Positions 1 through 8,885 of a stretch of DNA of 64,000 nt are shown in pieces. The stretch comes from a phage. Within the stretch, counting starts at the first letter, position 1, and each line of letters opens with the position of its first letter. The stretch lies in the sequence record PZ862964.1. The stretch is one strand, 5' to 3'. The position numbers and the translations under genes were made by a program. The notes beneath the pieces were generated by a model. The model had not been told where the DNA came from and did no database searches. It worked only from the letters and a program-made list of their open reading frames with translations.

Positions 1-1393
1 GAATTACATTAAGTTTCCAATGGGTTCACTTGATATTGCTCCATCACGCGAAGCTCTTTCATTAGATGATCGTACTCGTAAAAATATTATTGAACGAGTT
101 AAAGAACTCAGTGAGAAAGCATTTAATGAAGATGTAAAACGATTTAAAGAATCTACATCTCCTCGTCATACATACCGTGAATTGATGAAGATGGGGTATT
201 CTGCTCGAGATTATATGATTAGCAATTCAGTCAAATTCACGACTAAAAATCTGTCATATAAAAAGATGCAGAGCATGTTTGAACCTGACAGTAAGTTATG
301 CAATGCAGGGGTTGTGTATGAAGTAAATCTTGACCCTCGACTGAAGCGCATTAAGCAAAGTCATGAAACTTCAGCCGTTGCATCAAGTTATCGTCTGTTT
401 GGTATTAATACAACAAAAATTAATATCGTTATTGATAATATTAAAAATCGTGTTAATATTGTCCGTGGATTAGCACGTGCGTTAGATGATAGTGAATTTA
501 ATAACACTCTGAATATTCATCATAATGAGCGTCTTCTGTTTATTAATCCAGAAGTAGAATCACAGATTGATTTACTCCCTGATATTATGGCGATGTTTGA
601 AAGTGATGAAGTTAACATTCATTATTTGTCAGAAATTGAAGCTTTAGTTAAAAGCTATATTCCAAAGGTAGTTAAAAGTAAAGCTCCTCGTCCTAAAGCT
701 GCTACAGCATTTAAGTTTGAAATTAAAGATGGGCGATGGGAAAAAGAGGAACTATTTACACTTACGTCAGAAGCAGATGAAATTACTGGTTATGTAGCGT
801 ATATGCATCGTTCTGATATTTTCTCTATGGATGGTACTACATCGCTTTGTCATCCATCTATGAATATTTTGATTCGTATGGCTAATCTTATTGGCATTAA
901 TGAATTTTATGTTATTCGTCCGCTTTTGCAGAAAAAGGTAAAAGAGCTTGGTCAGTGCCAATGTATTTTTGAAGCTTTACGTGATTTATATGTAGATGCT
1001 TTTGATGATGTAGATTATGATAAGTATGTAGGTTATTCAAGTTCAGCTCAACGATATATTGATAAAATTATCAAGCATCCTGAACTAGATTTTATGATGA
1101 AGTACTTCAGTACAGATGAAGTTTCTGAAGAATATACACGACTTGGTAATATGGTTAGTTCATTGCGTGGTGTATATTTTAATGGTGGAAAAGATACCAT
1201 CGGTCATGACATCTGGACAGTAACTAATCTTTTTGATGTATTATCAAATAATGCTTCAAAAAACAGTGATAAAATGGTTGCTGAGTTTACCAAGAAATTC
1301 CGTATTGTTTCCGACTTCATCGGATATCGCAACTCTTTAAGTGATGATGAAGTTTCCCAAATCGCCAAAACTATGAAGGCCCTTGCGGCCTAA
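1..1393 (+). CDS. rIIA: rIIA protein, 3' portion (5' end outside window)
   Basis: Frame open from window edge to stop at 1391-1393; directly upstream of rIIB as in T-even phages; identity by synteny only. Confidence 0.7.
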   Translation, partial: NYIKFPMGSLDIAPSREALSLDDRTRKNIIERVKELSEKAFNEDVKRFKESTSPRHTYRELMKMGYSARDYMISNSVKFTTKNLSYKKMQSMFEPDSKLCNAGVVYEVNLDPRLKRIKQSHETSAVASSYRLFGINTTKINIVIDNIKNRVNIVRGLARALDDSEFNNTLNIHHNERLLFINPEVESQIDLLPDIMAMFESDEVNIHYLSEIEALVKSYIPKVVKSKAPRPKAATAFKFEIKDGRWEKEELFTLTSEADEITGYVAYMHRSDIFSMDGTTSLCHPSMNILIRMANLIGINEFYVIRPLLQKKVKELGQCQCIFEALRDLYVDAFDDVDYDKYVGYSSSAQRYIDKIIKHPELDFMMKYFSTDEVSEEYTRLGNMVSSLRGVYFNGGKDTIGHDIWTVTNLFDVLSNNASKNSDKMVAEFTKKFRIVSDFIGYRNSLSDDEVSQIAKTMKALAA

Positions 1394-1404
1394 TAAGGAA
1401 AATT

Positions 1405-2343
1405 ATGTACAATATTAAATGCCTGACCAAAAACGAACAAGCTGAAATTGTTAAACTGTATTCAAGTGGTAATTACACTCAGCAGGAATTAGCTTATTGG
1501 AAGGATGTATCGGTTGACACAATCCGTCGTGTTTTGAAAAATGCTGAAGAAGCTAAACGCCCTAAAGTTACTATTAGCGGTGATATTACAGTTAAAGTTA
1601 ATAGCGATGCAGTTATTGCTCCAGTTGCTAAATCTGACATTATTTGGAATGCATCTAAAAAATTCATTTCAATTACCGTTGACGGCGTAACTTATAACGC
1701 AACTCCTAATACTCATTCAAACTTCCAGGAAATTCTTAATCTGCTTGTAGCAGATAAGCTGGAAGAAGCTGCGCAAAAAATTAACGTTCGTCGCGCTGTT
1801 GAAAAATATATTTCCGGTGATGTTCGAATTGAAGGTGGAAGCTTGTTCTATCAAAATATTGAATTGCGGTCTGGTTTGGTTGATCGTATTCTTGACTCGA
1901 TGGAAAAAGGTGAAAACTTTGAATTTTATTTTCCGTTCTTGGAAAATCTGCTGGAAAACCCAAGCCAAAAAGCGGTATCTCGACTCTTTGATTTCTTGGT
2001 AGCAAACGATATTGAAATCACCGAAGATGGTTACTTCTATGCTTGGAAAGTAGTTCGCAGCAATTACTTTGACTGTCACTCAAACACCTTTGATAACAGT
2101 CCGGGTAAAGTAGTTAAAATGCCACGTACTCGTGTGAATGACGATGATACACAAACTTGTTCTCGTGGTCTGCATGTGTGTTCTAAATCTTATATTCGTC
2201 ACTTTGGCAGTTCAACTAGCCGAGTTGTAAAAGTTAAAGTACATCCTCGCGATGTAGTATCAATTCCGATTGATTACAACGACGCTAAAATGCGTACCTG
2301 CCAATACGAAGTAGTTGAAGACGTTACTGAACAATTTAAATAA
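1405..2343 (+). CDS. rIIB: rIIB protein
   Basis: 312-aa ORF with SD AAGGAAAAT upstream; length and N-terminus MYNIKCLTKNEQ agree with recalled T4 rIIB. Confidence 0.85.
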   Translation: MYNIKCLTKNEQAEIVKLYSSGNYTQQELAYWKDVSVDTIRRVLKNAEEAKRPKVTISGDITVKVNSDAVIAPVAKSDIIWNASKKFISITVDGVTYNATPNTHSNFQEILNLLVADKLEEAAQKINVRRAVEKYISGDVRIEGGSLFYQNIELRSGLVDRILDSMEKGENFEFYFPFLENLLENPSQKAVSRLFDFLVANDIEITEDGYFYAWKVVRSNYFDCHSNTFDNSPGKVVKMPRTRVNDDDTQTCSRGLHVCSKSYIRHFGSSTSRVVKVKVHPRDVVSIPIDYNDAKMRTCQYEVVEDVTEQFK

Positions 2344-2374
2344 GGGCTTCGGCCCTTAACTAAGGAAAATTATG
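2329..2374 (+). repeat. direct repeat copy 1 (gene end + hairpin + RBS)
   Basis: ACAATTTAAATAA-GGGCTTCGGCCC-TT..TAAGGAAAATTATG; second copy at 2552-2606. Confidence 0.7.
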
Positions 2375-2566
2375 TTAGGTTATCAAGCACGAGTAAAAGA
2401 AGAATACGATCAATTAATGCTCAAAATTAATGCACTGAGCAAATTTTTAGAAAGCGCAAAGTTTCTAACAGTTAGTGCAGTTGAGCAAGAACTGCTACTT
2501 TCACAGTTCATCTCAATGAAATCTTATGCTGAATGTCTAGAGAAAAGAATTGCACAATTCAAATAA
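2372..2566 (+). CDS. hypothetical protein (64 aa)
   Basis: ORF with SD TAAGGAAAA; bracketed by two copies of a GGGCTTCGGCCC hairpin module. Confidence 0.5.
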   Translation: MLGYQARVKEEYDQLMLKINALSKFLESAKFLTVSAVEQELLLSQFISMKSYAECLEKRIAQFK

Positions 2567-2606
2567 AATAAGGGCTTCGGCCCTTTTGTTTTAAGGAAAA
2601 ATTATG
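2552..2606 (+). repeat. direct repeat copy 2 (gene end + hairpin + RBS)
   Basis: ACAATTCAAATAA-aata-GGGCTTCGGCCC-TT..TAAGGAAAAATTATG. Confidence 0.7.
2570..2592 (+). terminator. intrinsic terminator-like hairpin
   Basis: AAGGGC-TTCG-GCCCTT followed by TTTGTTTT. Confidence 0.55.
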
Positions 2607-2933
2607 ATTTATTGTATGAATATCGGTGATTCCGACATAAAAGAGATTAAACTGCACGGAAATCATCACGCTAATATTGTGTACTGTAATAAATTTGAGT
2701 TTGGTCACGAAAAACTTGGGTTTCTTTACTGTAATGATGTTATAGTCATGGATAAAAAGGAGCTCGATGAACTTGACCGCGAGTCTTTAGATGAAAATGA
2801 CCGAATTTATTATGGCACTCTTAAAGTATATAACGCCTATCTCAGTGGTAAAAAGGAAAGTCTAAATGCAGAAAACGAATCCGGGTTTACAGAGACTATT
2901 TCAGATTCCGACATTTACCCTATCGAACAGTGA
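2604..2933 (+). CDS. hypothetical protein (109 aa)
   Basis: ORF with SD TAAGGAAAAA 7 nt upstream; no recognisable motif. Confidence 0.5.
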   Translation: MIYCMNIGDSDIKEIKLHGNHHANIVYCNKFEFGHEKLGFLYCNDVIVMDKKELDELDRESLDENDRIYYGTLKVYNAYLSGKKESLNAENESGFTETISDSDIYPIEQ

Positions 2934-3423
2934 CTTGACTAGTGAAATGAAGGTCAAAATTGCTGATACAGCAAGATACTCTTTAAAACAAAATCCGAAT
3001 CAGGATAAGGCAGAAGTTATCGAAAGATGCCGTATCGCTGTGTACGCAGAGTTTTTTGTAGCAGATTGGCTAAGCGGATATGTCAATAAAGGCCAAGAGG
3101 ATGTTAATGACCCGTATACATACGCATGGGATGTATTGGCGCATCCAAGATACTGCGGGCTTCGTGTAGAAGTTAAGACACACCAAACTGACTCACGTTG
3201 GATTTCTGTAACAACAGGATGCAGCGGAGAGTATCCATACGGTTCTGGAATAAATCTAGGGCCCATTCTGAATCATCAGGTCGCTGACTGTATAATTATA
3301 TTCAACACTAAAGAAATTCATCCAGGTGTCATCCAGTACACTCCGAAGTTCATTGGTGATAGAGAAGACCTTCGTAAGGTTGTAAGAAAAAGCAACTACA
3401 ACGGATGGTATCTTTCCATTTAA
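2866..3423 (+). CDS. denB: endonuclease IV (DenB)-like protein
   Basis: 185-aa ORF, same length as recalled T4 DenB and in its position next to rIIB; start uncertain (68-nt overlap with upstream ORF). Confidence 0.6.
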   Translation: MQKTNPGLQRLFQIPTFTLSNSDLTSEMKVKIADTARYSLKQNPNQDKAEVIERCRIAVYAEFFVADWLSGYVNKGQEDVNDPYTYAWDVLAHPRYCGLRVEVKTHQTDSRWISVTTGCSGEYPYGSGINLGPILNHQVADCIIIFNTKEIHPGVIQYTPKFIGDREDLRKVVRKSNYNGWYLSI

Positions 3424-3439
3424 AAATTTTCACAAAACG

Positions 3440-3469
3440 GTTTACATACCACAAGGACCGTGGTACTAT
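3440..3469 (+). promoter_or_regulatory. early-type promoter
   Basis: GTTTAC, 18-nt spacer, TACTAT; shares TTTTCACAAAACGGTTTACA and GGTACTATACAACTATC blocks with three other loci. Confidence 0.55.
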
Positions 3470-3496
3470 ACAACTATCAGCTACGGAGGAGTAAAA

Positions 3497-3760
3497 ATGA
3501 AATTTAAATTTTATTACGCTAAACATAAAATTACCGGTGAATTTATTGCATTTACGACTTCAACTACAGGTGAAGGAGATATTTTTACTGCAGTATTTTT
3601 ATCAAAATGGGAATCAGATCAACCTTACTTATCATCATGTGAAGATCTCCAACGATTAGTTAATGGAGAATATAATGATTCATGGTCATATTTAGTCCAT
3701 GATTGTGTTAAAAAGGCAATAAAACAAAAACACTTGGAAATCGTTGAGATTGAACTATGA
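3497..3760 (+). CDS. hypothetical protein (87 aa)
   Basis: ORF preceded by early-type promoter and SD GGAGGAG. Confidence 0.55.
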   Translation: MKFKFYYAKHKITGEFIAFTTSTTGEGDIFTAVFLSKWESDQPYLSSCEDLQRLVNGEYNDSWSYLVHDCVKKAIKQKHLEIVEIEL

Positions 3761-3839
3761 GTTCATTATGGTGGTGTTTTGTTTGGTTAATTAGTATTCC
3801 AGTAATTTGTTTAACATTTACTTTTGTGATGAGGTTATT

Positions 3840-3938
3840 ATGAAAATTTTGAATTCTGTACTTATTGCTTGTGCGTGGTGGGTTGTGCAAGTTTCAGCGG
3901 TAGTAGTTGGTATTCACATTTATTACGAATATTTTTAA
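3840..3938 (+). CDS. hypothetical 32-aa hydrophobic peptide
   Basis: ATG 5 nt after GAGG; MKILNSVLIACAWWVVQVSAVVVGIHIYYEYF; too short for ORF track. Confidence 0.3.
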   Translation: MKILNSVLIACAWWVVQVSAVVVGIHIYYEYF

Positions 3939-3945
3939 AAAAGTT

Positions 3946-3975
3946 GTTTACAAGACTGTTCCTCTGTGGTACTAT
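3946..3975 (+). promoter_or_regulatory. early-type promoter nested in inverted repeat
   Basis: GTTTAC, 18 nt, TACTAT; arms CTGTTCCTC (3956-3964) and GAGGAACAG (3992-4000), the latter containing the SD. Confidence 0.55.
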
Positions 3976-4003
3976 ACAACTATCAACTACGGAGGAACAG
4001 AAA

Positions 4004-4117
4004 ATGAAAAAGATTGTTAAAGCTATATGGAATGTAGTTATAATACTAATAGTTTTGAGTATATTCCCAATCGTTTTAATGATTGATGTATTAAACGTTT
4101 ACTTTGGATTTATGTGA
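4004..4117 (+). CDS. hypothetical 37-aa membrane peptide
   Basis: ATG after SD GGAGGA (3991-3996); the longer ORF-track version crosses the promoter and is unlikely. Confidence 0.5.
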   Translation: MKKIVKAIWNVVIILIVLSIFPIVLMIDVLNVYFGFM

Positions 4118-4124
4118 GGAAAAT

Positions 4125-4322
4125 ATGAAGCGTAAACGCAGTGCTTTTACATTTATTGAATGGTTTTTCGATAATATTTTTCCGGCTTTATTCATTTTCA
4201 TGCTGATTTTTGCCTTAGGTTCAGTTGTAGTTGGAATCTATTTGATGACAGTAGTCGGAATTGATATTCATCAAAATGGTTTAAAATCCGTAGTTGAAAC
4301 AATTTGGAATGGTGTAAAATGA
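4125..4322 (+). CDS. hypothetical 65-aa membrane protein
   Basis: ATG after SD GAGGA; hydrophobic core FPALFIFMLIFALGSVVVGIYLMTVVGI. Confidence 0.5.
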   Translation: MKRKRSAFTFIEWFFDNIFPALFIFMLIFALGSVVVGIYLMTVVGIDIHQNGLKSVVETIWNGVK

Positions 4323-4429
4323 TGAATTTACTAAACATTTGGTTTTATATTCTTATGTTTTACATTGGTGCAAATTTCCCATATTGGATGGGATGGTCAA
4401 CAACTGCATTTGGATTTTATACTCCTTGA
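4319..4429 (+). CDS. hypothetical 36-aa hydrophobic peptide
   Basis: ATGA start/stop overlap with preceding ORF; aromatic-rich hydrophobic sequence. Confidence 0.4.
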   Translation: MMNLLNIWFYILMFYIGANFPYWMGWSTTAFGFYTP

Positions 4430-4437
4430 GGTGAATT

Positions 4438-4653
4438 ATGAAAAGTTTTAAAGATGTAAAAGTTGGTGAAATTTTTTGTTTAGATAACGGTGATCAGTTA
4501 ATTCGTATTTCACCTCTTAAGAGCACTAGCGAGAAACCGACAGTTAATGCTACTTTAGCAAATAATAGTAATGAACGTTTCTGTATTGAAAATGATACTG
4601 AAACTTATACCGTAGAAGAATTCTGGGAATTGAGCGTCGACTGCGACGATTAA
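4438..4653 (+). CDS. hypothetical protein (71 aa)
   Basis: ORF with SD GAGGTGA upstream. Confidence 0.5.
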   Translation: MKSFKDVKVGEIFCLDNGDQLIRISPLKSTSEKPTVNATLANNSNERFCIENDTETYTVEEFWELSVDCDD

Positions 4654-4713
4654 TTTAATGGCCGTGTGTATTCATGCGGCCTTGGAGTAGAAAATAATTT
4701 AGAGGAAATTAAT

Positions 4714-5172
4714 ATGAAATATATGACTGTTACTGATCTGAACAACGCAGGCGCTACCGTTATTGGTACAATCAAGAACGGTGAATGGTTTTTGGGAGTT
4801 CCACATAAAGATATTTTATCTAAACCTGGATTTTACTTTTTAGTGTGTAAATTAGATGGTCGTCCATTTAGTAATCCGTGCGTGTCTGCACGATTTTATG
4901 TAGGTAATCAGCGTTCTAAGCAAGGATTCAGTGCGGTTCTAAGTCATATTCGTCAGCGTCGGTCTCAGCTTGCGCGTACTATTGCAAATAACAATGTTCC
5001 ATACACAGTATTTTATCTGCCTGCTTCTAAGATGAAACCTCTGACGACGGGATTTGGTAAAGGTCAGTTAGCTTTGGCGTTTACTCGTAATCATCATTCC
5101 GAGTATCAAACACTTGAAGAAATGAACCGTATGTTGGCTGATAACTTTAAATTTGTTTTGCAGGCATATTAA
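4714..5172 (+). CDS. ndd: nucleoid disruption protein Ndd
   Basis: 152-aa ORF from [11 protein letters not shown] after SD GAGGAAA; agrees with recalled T4 Ndd; ORF-track start 4666 is an upstream extension. Confidence 0.8.
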
Positions 5173-5252
5173 TGAGTAATTTCCATAACGAACACGTGAT
5201 GCAGTTCTATCGTAACAATCTTAAAACCAAAGGCGTCTTCGGACGCCAGTGA
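5172..5252 (+). CDS. stp: Stp peptide (activator of host PrrC anticodon nuclease)
   Basis: 26-aa [29 protein letters not shown], matching recalled T4 Stp; ATG overlaps ndd stop (TAATG). Confidence 0.8.
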
Positions 5253-5259
5253 GGAAAAT

Positions 5260-5418
5260 ATGAATATTGCAAAATTATTAGGAGTTATTTCATTTATTTG
5301 TTGGATAGTAGCATGTGTTTTAACTATCTGTATTGATGCCAGCAGTGTGTTTTCGCAAGCTTTAGCTCAGGGTATGTGTGCATATTTAACATTTGTGTTG
5401 TTATCTACTAATGATTAA
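5260..5418 (+). CDS. ac: small membrane protein, probable Ac (acridine sensitivity)
   Basis: 52-aa hydrophobic ORF after SD GAGGAAAA; position between stp and gene 52 as in T4. Confidence 0.5.
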   Translation: MNIAKLLGVISFICWIVACVLTICIDASSVFSQALAQGMCAYLTFVLLSTND

Positions 5419-5551
5419 GAAAATCTTGGGCTATTCATTAGCCCTTGCTACTTTATTGGTAGCACTATATTATGGAGTAATGTTCGGATTAATTCAAGTC
5501 GTGCTTTTCATTTCTGATGTTATTATGGCACTACATTCACTAGTATGGTAA
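5411..5551 (+). CDS. hypothetical 46-aa membrane peptide
   Basis: ORF MIKKILGYSLALATLLVALYYGVMFGLIQVV; tight packing just upstream of gene 52. Confidence 0.4.
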   Translation: MIKKILGYSLALATLLVALYYGVMFGLIQVVLFISDVIMALHSLVW

Positions 5552-5555
5552 ATTT

Positions 5556-6884
5556 ATGCAACTGAATAATCGCGATTTAAAAAGTATCATTGATAATGAA
5601 GCATTGGCTTATGCTATGTACACGGTTGAAAATCGTGCTATCCCAAATATGATTGACGGATTTAAGCCAGTTCAACGATTTGTTATTGCTCGAGCTCTTG
5701 ATTTGGCACGAGGAAATAAAGATAAGTTTCACAAACTCGCTTCTATTGCAGGTGGTGTAGCGGACCTTGGATATCATCATGGTGAAAACTCTGCGCAAGA
5801 CGCAGGTGCTTTGATGGCTAATACTTGGAATAATAACTTTCCTTTGTTAGATGGTCAAGGAAACTTTGGTTCTCGTACTGTCCAAAAGGCAGCGGCAAGT
5901 CGTTATATTTTTGCTCGTGTAAGTAAAAATTTCTATAACGTATATAAAGATACTGAATATGCTCCGGTACATCAAGATAAAGAACACATTCCGCCTGCTT
6001 TCTATTTGCCTGTTATTCCTACTGTTCTTCTTAATGGCGTTTCCGGTATTGCAACTGGTTATGCAACTTACATTCTTCCTCATAGTGTTTCTTCTGTCAA
6101 GAAAGCTGTACTACAAGCTCTTCAAGGAAAGAAAGTAACTAAACCGAAGGTAGAATTCCCAGAATTTCGCGGTGAAGTCGTTGAAATTGATGGGCAATAT
6201 GAAATTCGTGGAACATATAAGTTTACTTCACGAACTCAAATGCATATCACTGAGATTCCGTATAAGTATGATCGTGAAACTTACGTGAGTAAAATCTTAG
6301 ACCCGCTTGAAGATAAAGGCTTCATTACATGGGATGATGCTTGCGGTGAGCATGGTTTTGGCTTTAAAATTAAATTCCGCAAAGAATACTCTTTGAGCGA
6401 TAATGAAGAAGAACGCCATGCAAAAATCATGAAAGACTTCGGGTTGATTGAGCGTCGTTCCCAGAATATTACCGTTATTAATGAGAAAGGAAAACTACAA
6501 GTTTACGATAACGTAGTTGATTTAATTAAAGACTTTGTTGAAGTTCGTAAAACTTATGTTCAAAAACGAATTGATAACAAAATTAAAGAAACTGAATCAG
6601 CTTTTCGTTTAGCCTTTGCCAAGGCGCATTTCATTAAGAAAGTAATTTCAGGTGAAATCGTTGTGCAGGGTAAAACTCGTAAAGAACTGACCGAAGAACT
6701 TTCGAAAATCGATATGTATTCTTCTTATGTTGATAAACTAGTTGGAATGAATATTTTTCATATGACTTCCGATGAAGCGAAGAAACTTGCTGAAGAAGCT
6801 AAAGCTAAAAAAGAAGAAAACGAATATTGGAAAACTACTGATGTAGTTACAGAATACACCAAAGATTTAGAGGAAATCAAATGA
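5556..6884 (+). CDS. 52: DNA topoisomerase II medium subunit gp52
   Basis: 442-aa ORF with GyrA/ParC-like N-terminal motif KPVQRFV; length as recalled for T4 gp52. Confidence 0.9.
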   Translation: MQLNNRDLKSIIDNEALAYAMYTVENRAIPNMIDGFKPVQRFVIARALDLARGNKDKFHKLASIAGGVADLGYHHGENSAQDAGALMANTWNNNFPLLDGQGNFGSRTVQKAAASRYIFARVSKNFYNVYKDTEYAPVHQDKEHIPPAFYLPVIPTVLLNGVSGIATGYATYILPHSVSSVKKAVLQALQGKKVTKPKVEFPEFRGEVVEIDGQYEIRGTYKFTSRTQMHITEIPYKYDRETYVSKILDPLEDKGFITWDDACGEHGFGFKIKFRKEYSLSDNEEERHAKIMKDFGLIERRSQNITVINEKGKLQVYDNVVDLIKDFVEVRKTYVQKRIDNKIKETESAFRLAFAKAHFIKKVISGEIVVQGKTRKELTEELSKIDMYSSYVDKLVGMNIFHMTSDEAKKLAEEAKAKKEENEYWKTTDVVTEYTKDLEEIK

Positions 6885-7030
6885 GTCCATTCGTAGGTAT
6901 TACAAGCGCAGCATTAGTATCTGGCGGCATTTTACTAGCGGGGGTAGGTGTTGTTCCAGCCGTAGCAGGAGGTCTTCTTGCTTTTGGTATTCAGCGTGTT
7001 ATCACGATAGTTATCGCGTTTGAACAGTAA
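6881..7030 (+). CDS. hypothetical 49-aa glycine-rich membrane peptide
   Basis: ATGA overlap with gene 52 stop; followed by hairpin terminator. Confidence 0.5.
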   Translation: MSPFVGITSAALVSGGILLAGVGVVPAVAGGLLAFGIQRVITIVIAFEQ

Positions 7031-7035
7031 TTTTT

Positions 7036-7059
7036 GGGGAGCTTCGGCTCCCCTTTTTT
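7036..7059 (+). terminator. intrinsic terminator
   Basis: GGGGAGC-TTCG-GCTCCCC followed by TTTTTT. Confidence 0.7.
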
Positions 7060-7084
7060 ATTTCAAAAATTTTTTCACAAAACG

Positions 7085-7114
7085 GTTTACAACCAAAGCA
7101 TACTGTGGTACTAT
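7085..7114 (+). promoter_or_regulatory. early-type promoter upstream of motA
   Basis: GTTTAC, 18 nt, TACTAT; flanks near-identical to the cassette at 24216-24285. Confidence 0.6.
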
Positions 7115-7155
7115 ACAACTATCAACTACTGATACAGAATTACGGAGATTAGAAA

Positions 7156-7791
7156 ATGTCTAAAGTAACTTACATCATCAAAGCTTCTAACGATGTTCTG
7201 AATGAAAAAACTGCTGCGATTTTAATTACTATTGCTAAGAAAGATTTCATTACAGCTGCAGAAGTTCGTGAGGTGCATCCAGATTTAGGTAACGCAGTAG
7301 TTAATAGTAATATTGGGGTATTGATTAAAAAAGGCCTGGTGGAGAAATCAGGTGATGGATTAATCATCACAGGCGAAGCGCAAGATATTATTTCAAACGC
7401 AGCAACTTTATATGCGCAAGAAAATGCTCCAGAACTTCTGAAAAAACGTGCTACTCGTAAAGCTCGTGAGATTACTTCTGATATGGAAGAAGATAAAGAC
7501 TTCATGTTAAAACTTTTAGATGAAAATGGATTTGTTCTTAAAAAGGTTGAAACTTATCGTAGCAATTATCTTGCCATTTTAGAAAAACGTACACATGGAA
7601 TTCGCAATTTTGAAATTAACAACAATGGAAATATGCGAATTTTTGGATACAAAATGATGGAACATCATATTCAGAAATTTACTGATATCGGAATGTCATG
7701 TAAAATCGCTAAAAACGGTAATGTGTATCTTGACATTAAACGCTCGGAAGAAAACATTGAAGCCGTAATCACTGTAGCATCTGAACTGTGA
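7156..7791 (+). CDS. motA: middle-transcription activator MotA
   Basis: 211-aa ORF MSKVTYIIKASNDVLNEK...; agrees with recalled T4 MotA; preceded by early promoter cassette. Confidence 0.9.
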   Translation: MSKVTYIIKASNDVLNEKTAAILITIAKKDFITAAEVREVHPDLGNAVVNSNIGVLIKKGLVEKSGDGLIITGEAQDIISNAATLYAQENAPELLKKRATRKAREITSDMEEDKDFMLKLLDENGFVLKKVETYRSNYLAILEKRTHGIRNFEINNNGNMRIFGYKMMEHHIQKFTDIGMSCKIAKNGNVYLDIKRSEENIEAVITVASEL

Positions 7792-7801
7792 GGAATAAAT
7801 A

Positions 7802-8131
7802 ATGAACAAGTTAGAAATCGTTAATGAACTTCGTCGTTGTGCAGAACCTACTCAAGAGGGTTGGGACATCTGGTATCATGGAGCTTATCTTGGAACTATC
7901 GTAAAGATTAAGACTGGTAAATACATGATTATTCGTGAAAGTAAAGATGCTCCAGTAGGTATTCGCAATAATTTTATGGCAGCGATAAGTTCCTTTACAG
8001 ATGCAGCTTACGAAATTTACCTTGCTGATTATAAAGAATTCCAGGAATCTCAACCGGTTATTCGTTCAATTGGTGTTAACAAAGCTCAACAGAAAACTTT
8101 GTGGCAACGTATTAAAGGATGGTTTAAATGA
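7802..8131 (+). CDS. hypothetical protein (109 aa)
   Basis: ORF with SD GAGGAATAAATAATG; motA-asiA accessory block. Confidence 0.55.
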   Translation: MNKLEIVNELRRCAEPTQEGWDIWYHGAYLGTIVKIKTGKYMIIRESKDAPVGIRNNFMAAISSFTDAAYEIYLADYKEFQESQPVIRSIGVNKAQQKTLWQRIKGWFK

Positions 8132-8589
8132 AAACTTTTAAAGAACGTTTAGCTCTGTTAGATAAAGCTTTGTCGCGTGAGACTCCGGAAAGTCTGGCTG
8201 CTAAATTAGCTTCTTACGGTGGTGAATATACAGAACAAAATGTTTTAGATGAAGTTCCTGAAATCTGTTGGCAGACTGTGTATTGGGATGAAAACCAAAA
8301 GTATCAACGACGAATTGTCTGTGCAGCCAACCGTTTTAAATTAAAAGATGGACGAACTCTTATTATTCCAGGTGCTCGTCATTATTCTAAAGATATGGCA
8401 GAAGTTTTAGATGTAGTTAAACCTCAATTAGTTACTCAACAAGTTTGTAATGATGACCAAGGGTTTATTGACCAATATAGTAATTATTGGACACGTGAAG
8501 AAGCAATGATTATTGCAACTTATGCTGGACAAGTACGTATTGAACGTGGTGGTAATGAAAAAGAACTTTACTCTGAGGACCTTTACTAA
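8128..8589 (+). CDS. hypothetical protein (153 aa)
   Basis: ORF with ATGA overlap to upstream ORF. Confidence 0.55.
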   Translation: MKTFKERLALLDKALSRETPESLAAKLASYGGEYTEQNVLDEVPEICWQTVYWDENQKYQRRIVCAANRFKLKDGRTLIIPGARHYSKDMAEVLDVVKPQLVTQQVCNDDQGFIDQYSNYWTREEAMIIATYAGQVRIERGGNEKELYSEDLY

Positions 8590-8885
8590 TGAATATTAAA
8601 AAGTTTCAAATTGATGGAATTATGAATCAAATCCAGGCACTGGAATATGCTAATAAAATGATGTCAACTAATTGGGGAATTTATACCAATGAGCCGGGAT
8701 TTAAGTTCTGCGATATGGAATTCGCCAAAAAGCTTGTAGGAAAAGATTATGTATGTCCATTTAGTTCTCCAGCAAATGGAATGCTAAAACCTGCTTTACG
8801 CGATCTTTATATTGCGATGAACGAAGAAATGATAAAAGAGTTAAAACGTCAACTGAAGGTGATTCAATTTGGCCAGGGAAATTAA
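8589..8885 (+). CDS. hypothetical protein (98 aa)
   Basis: ORF starting at stop of previous gene (TAATG). Confidence 0.5.
   Translation: MNIKKFQIDGIMNQIQALEYANKMMSTNWGIYTNEPGFKFCDMEFAKKLVGKDYVCPFSSPANGMLKPALRDLYIAMNEEMIKELKRQLKVIQFGQGN

Noticed and set aside
3869-4117. 82-aa ORF as drawn in the ORF track
   Set aside because: Its N-terminal two thirds run through an early promoter; the real gene is most likely the 37-aa ORF from the ATG at 4004 behind SD GGAGGA.
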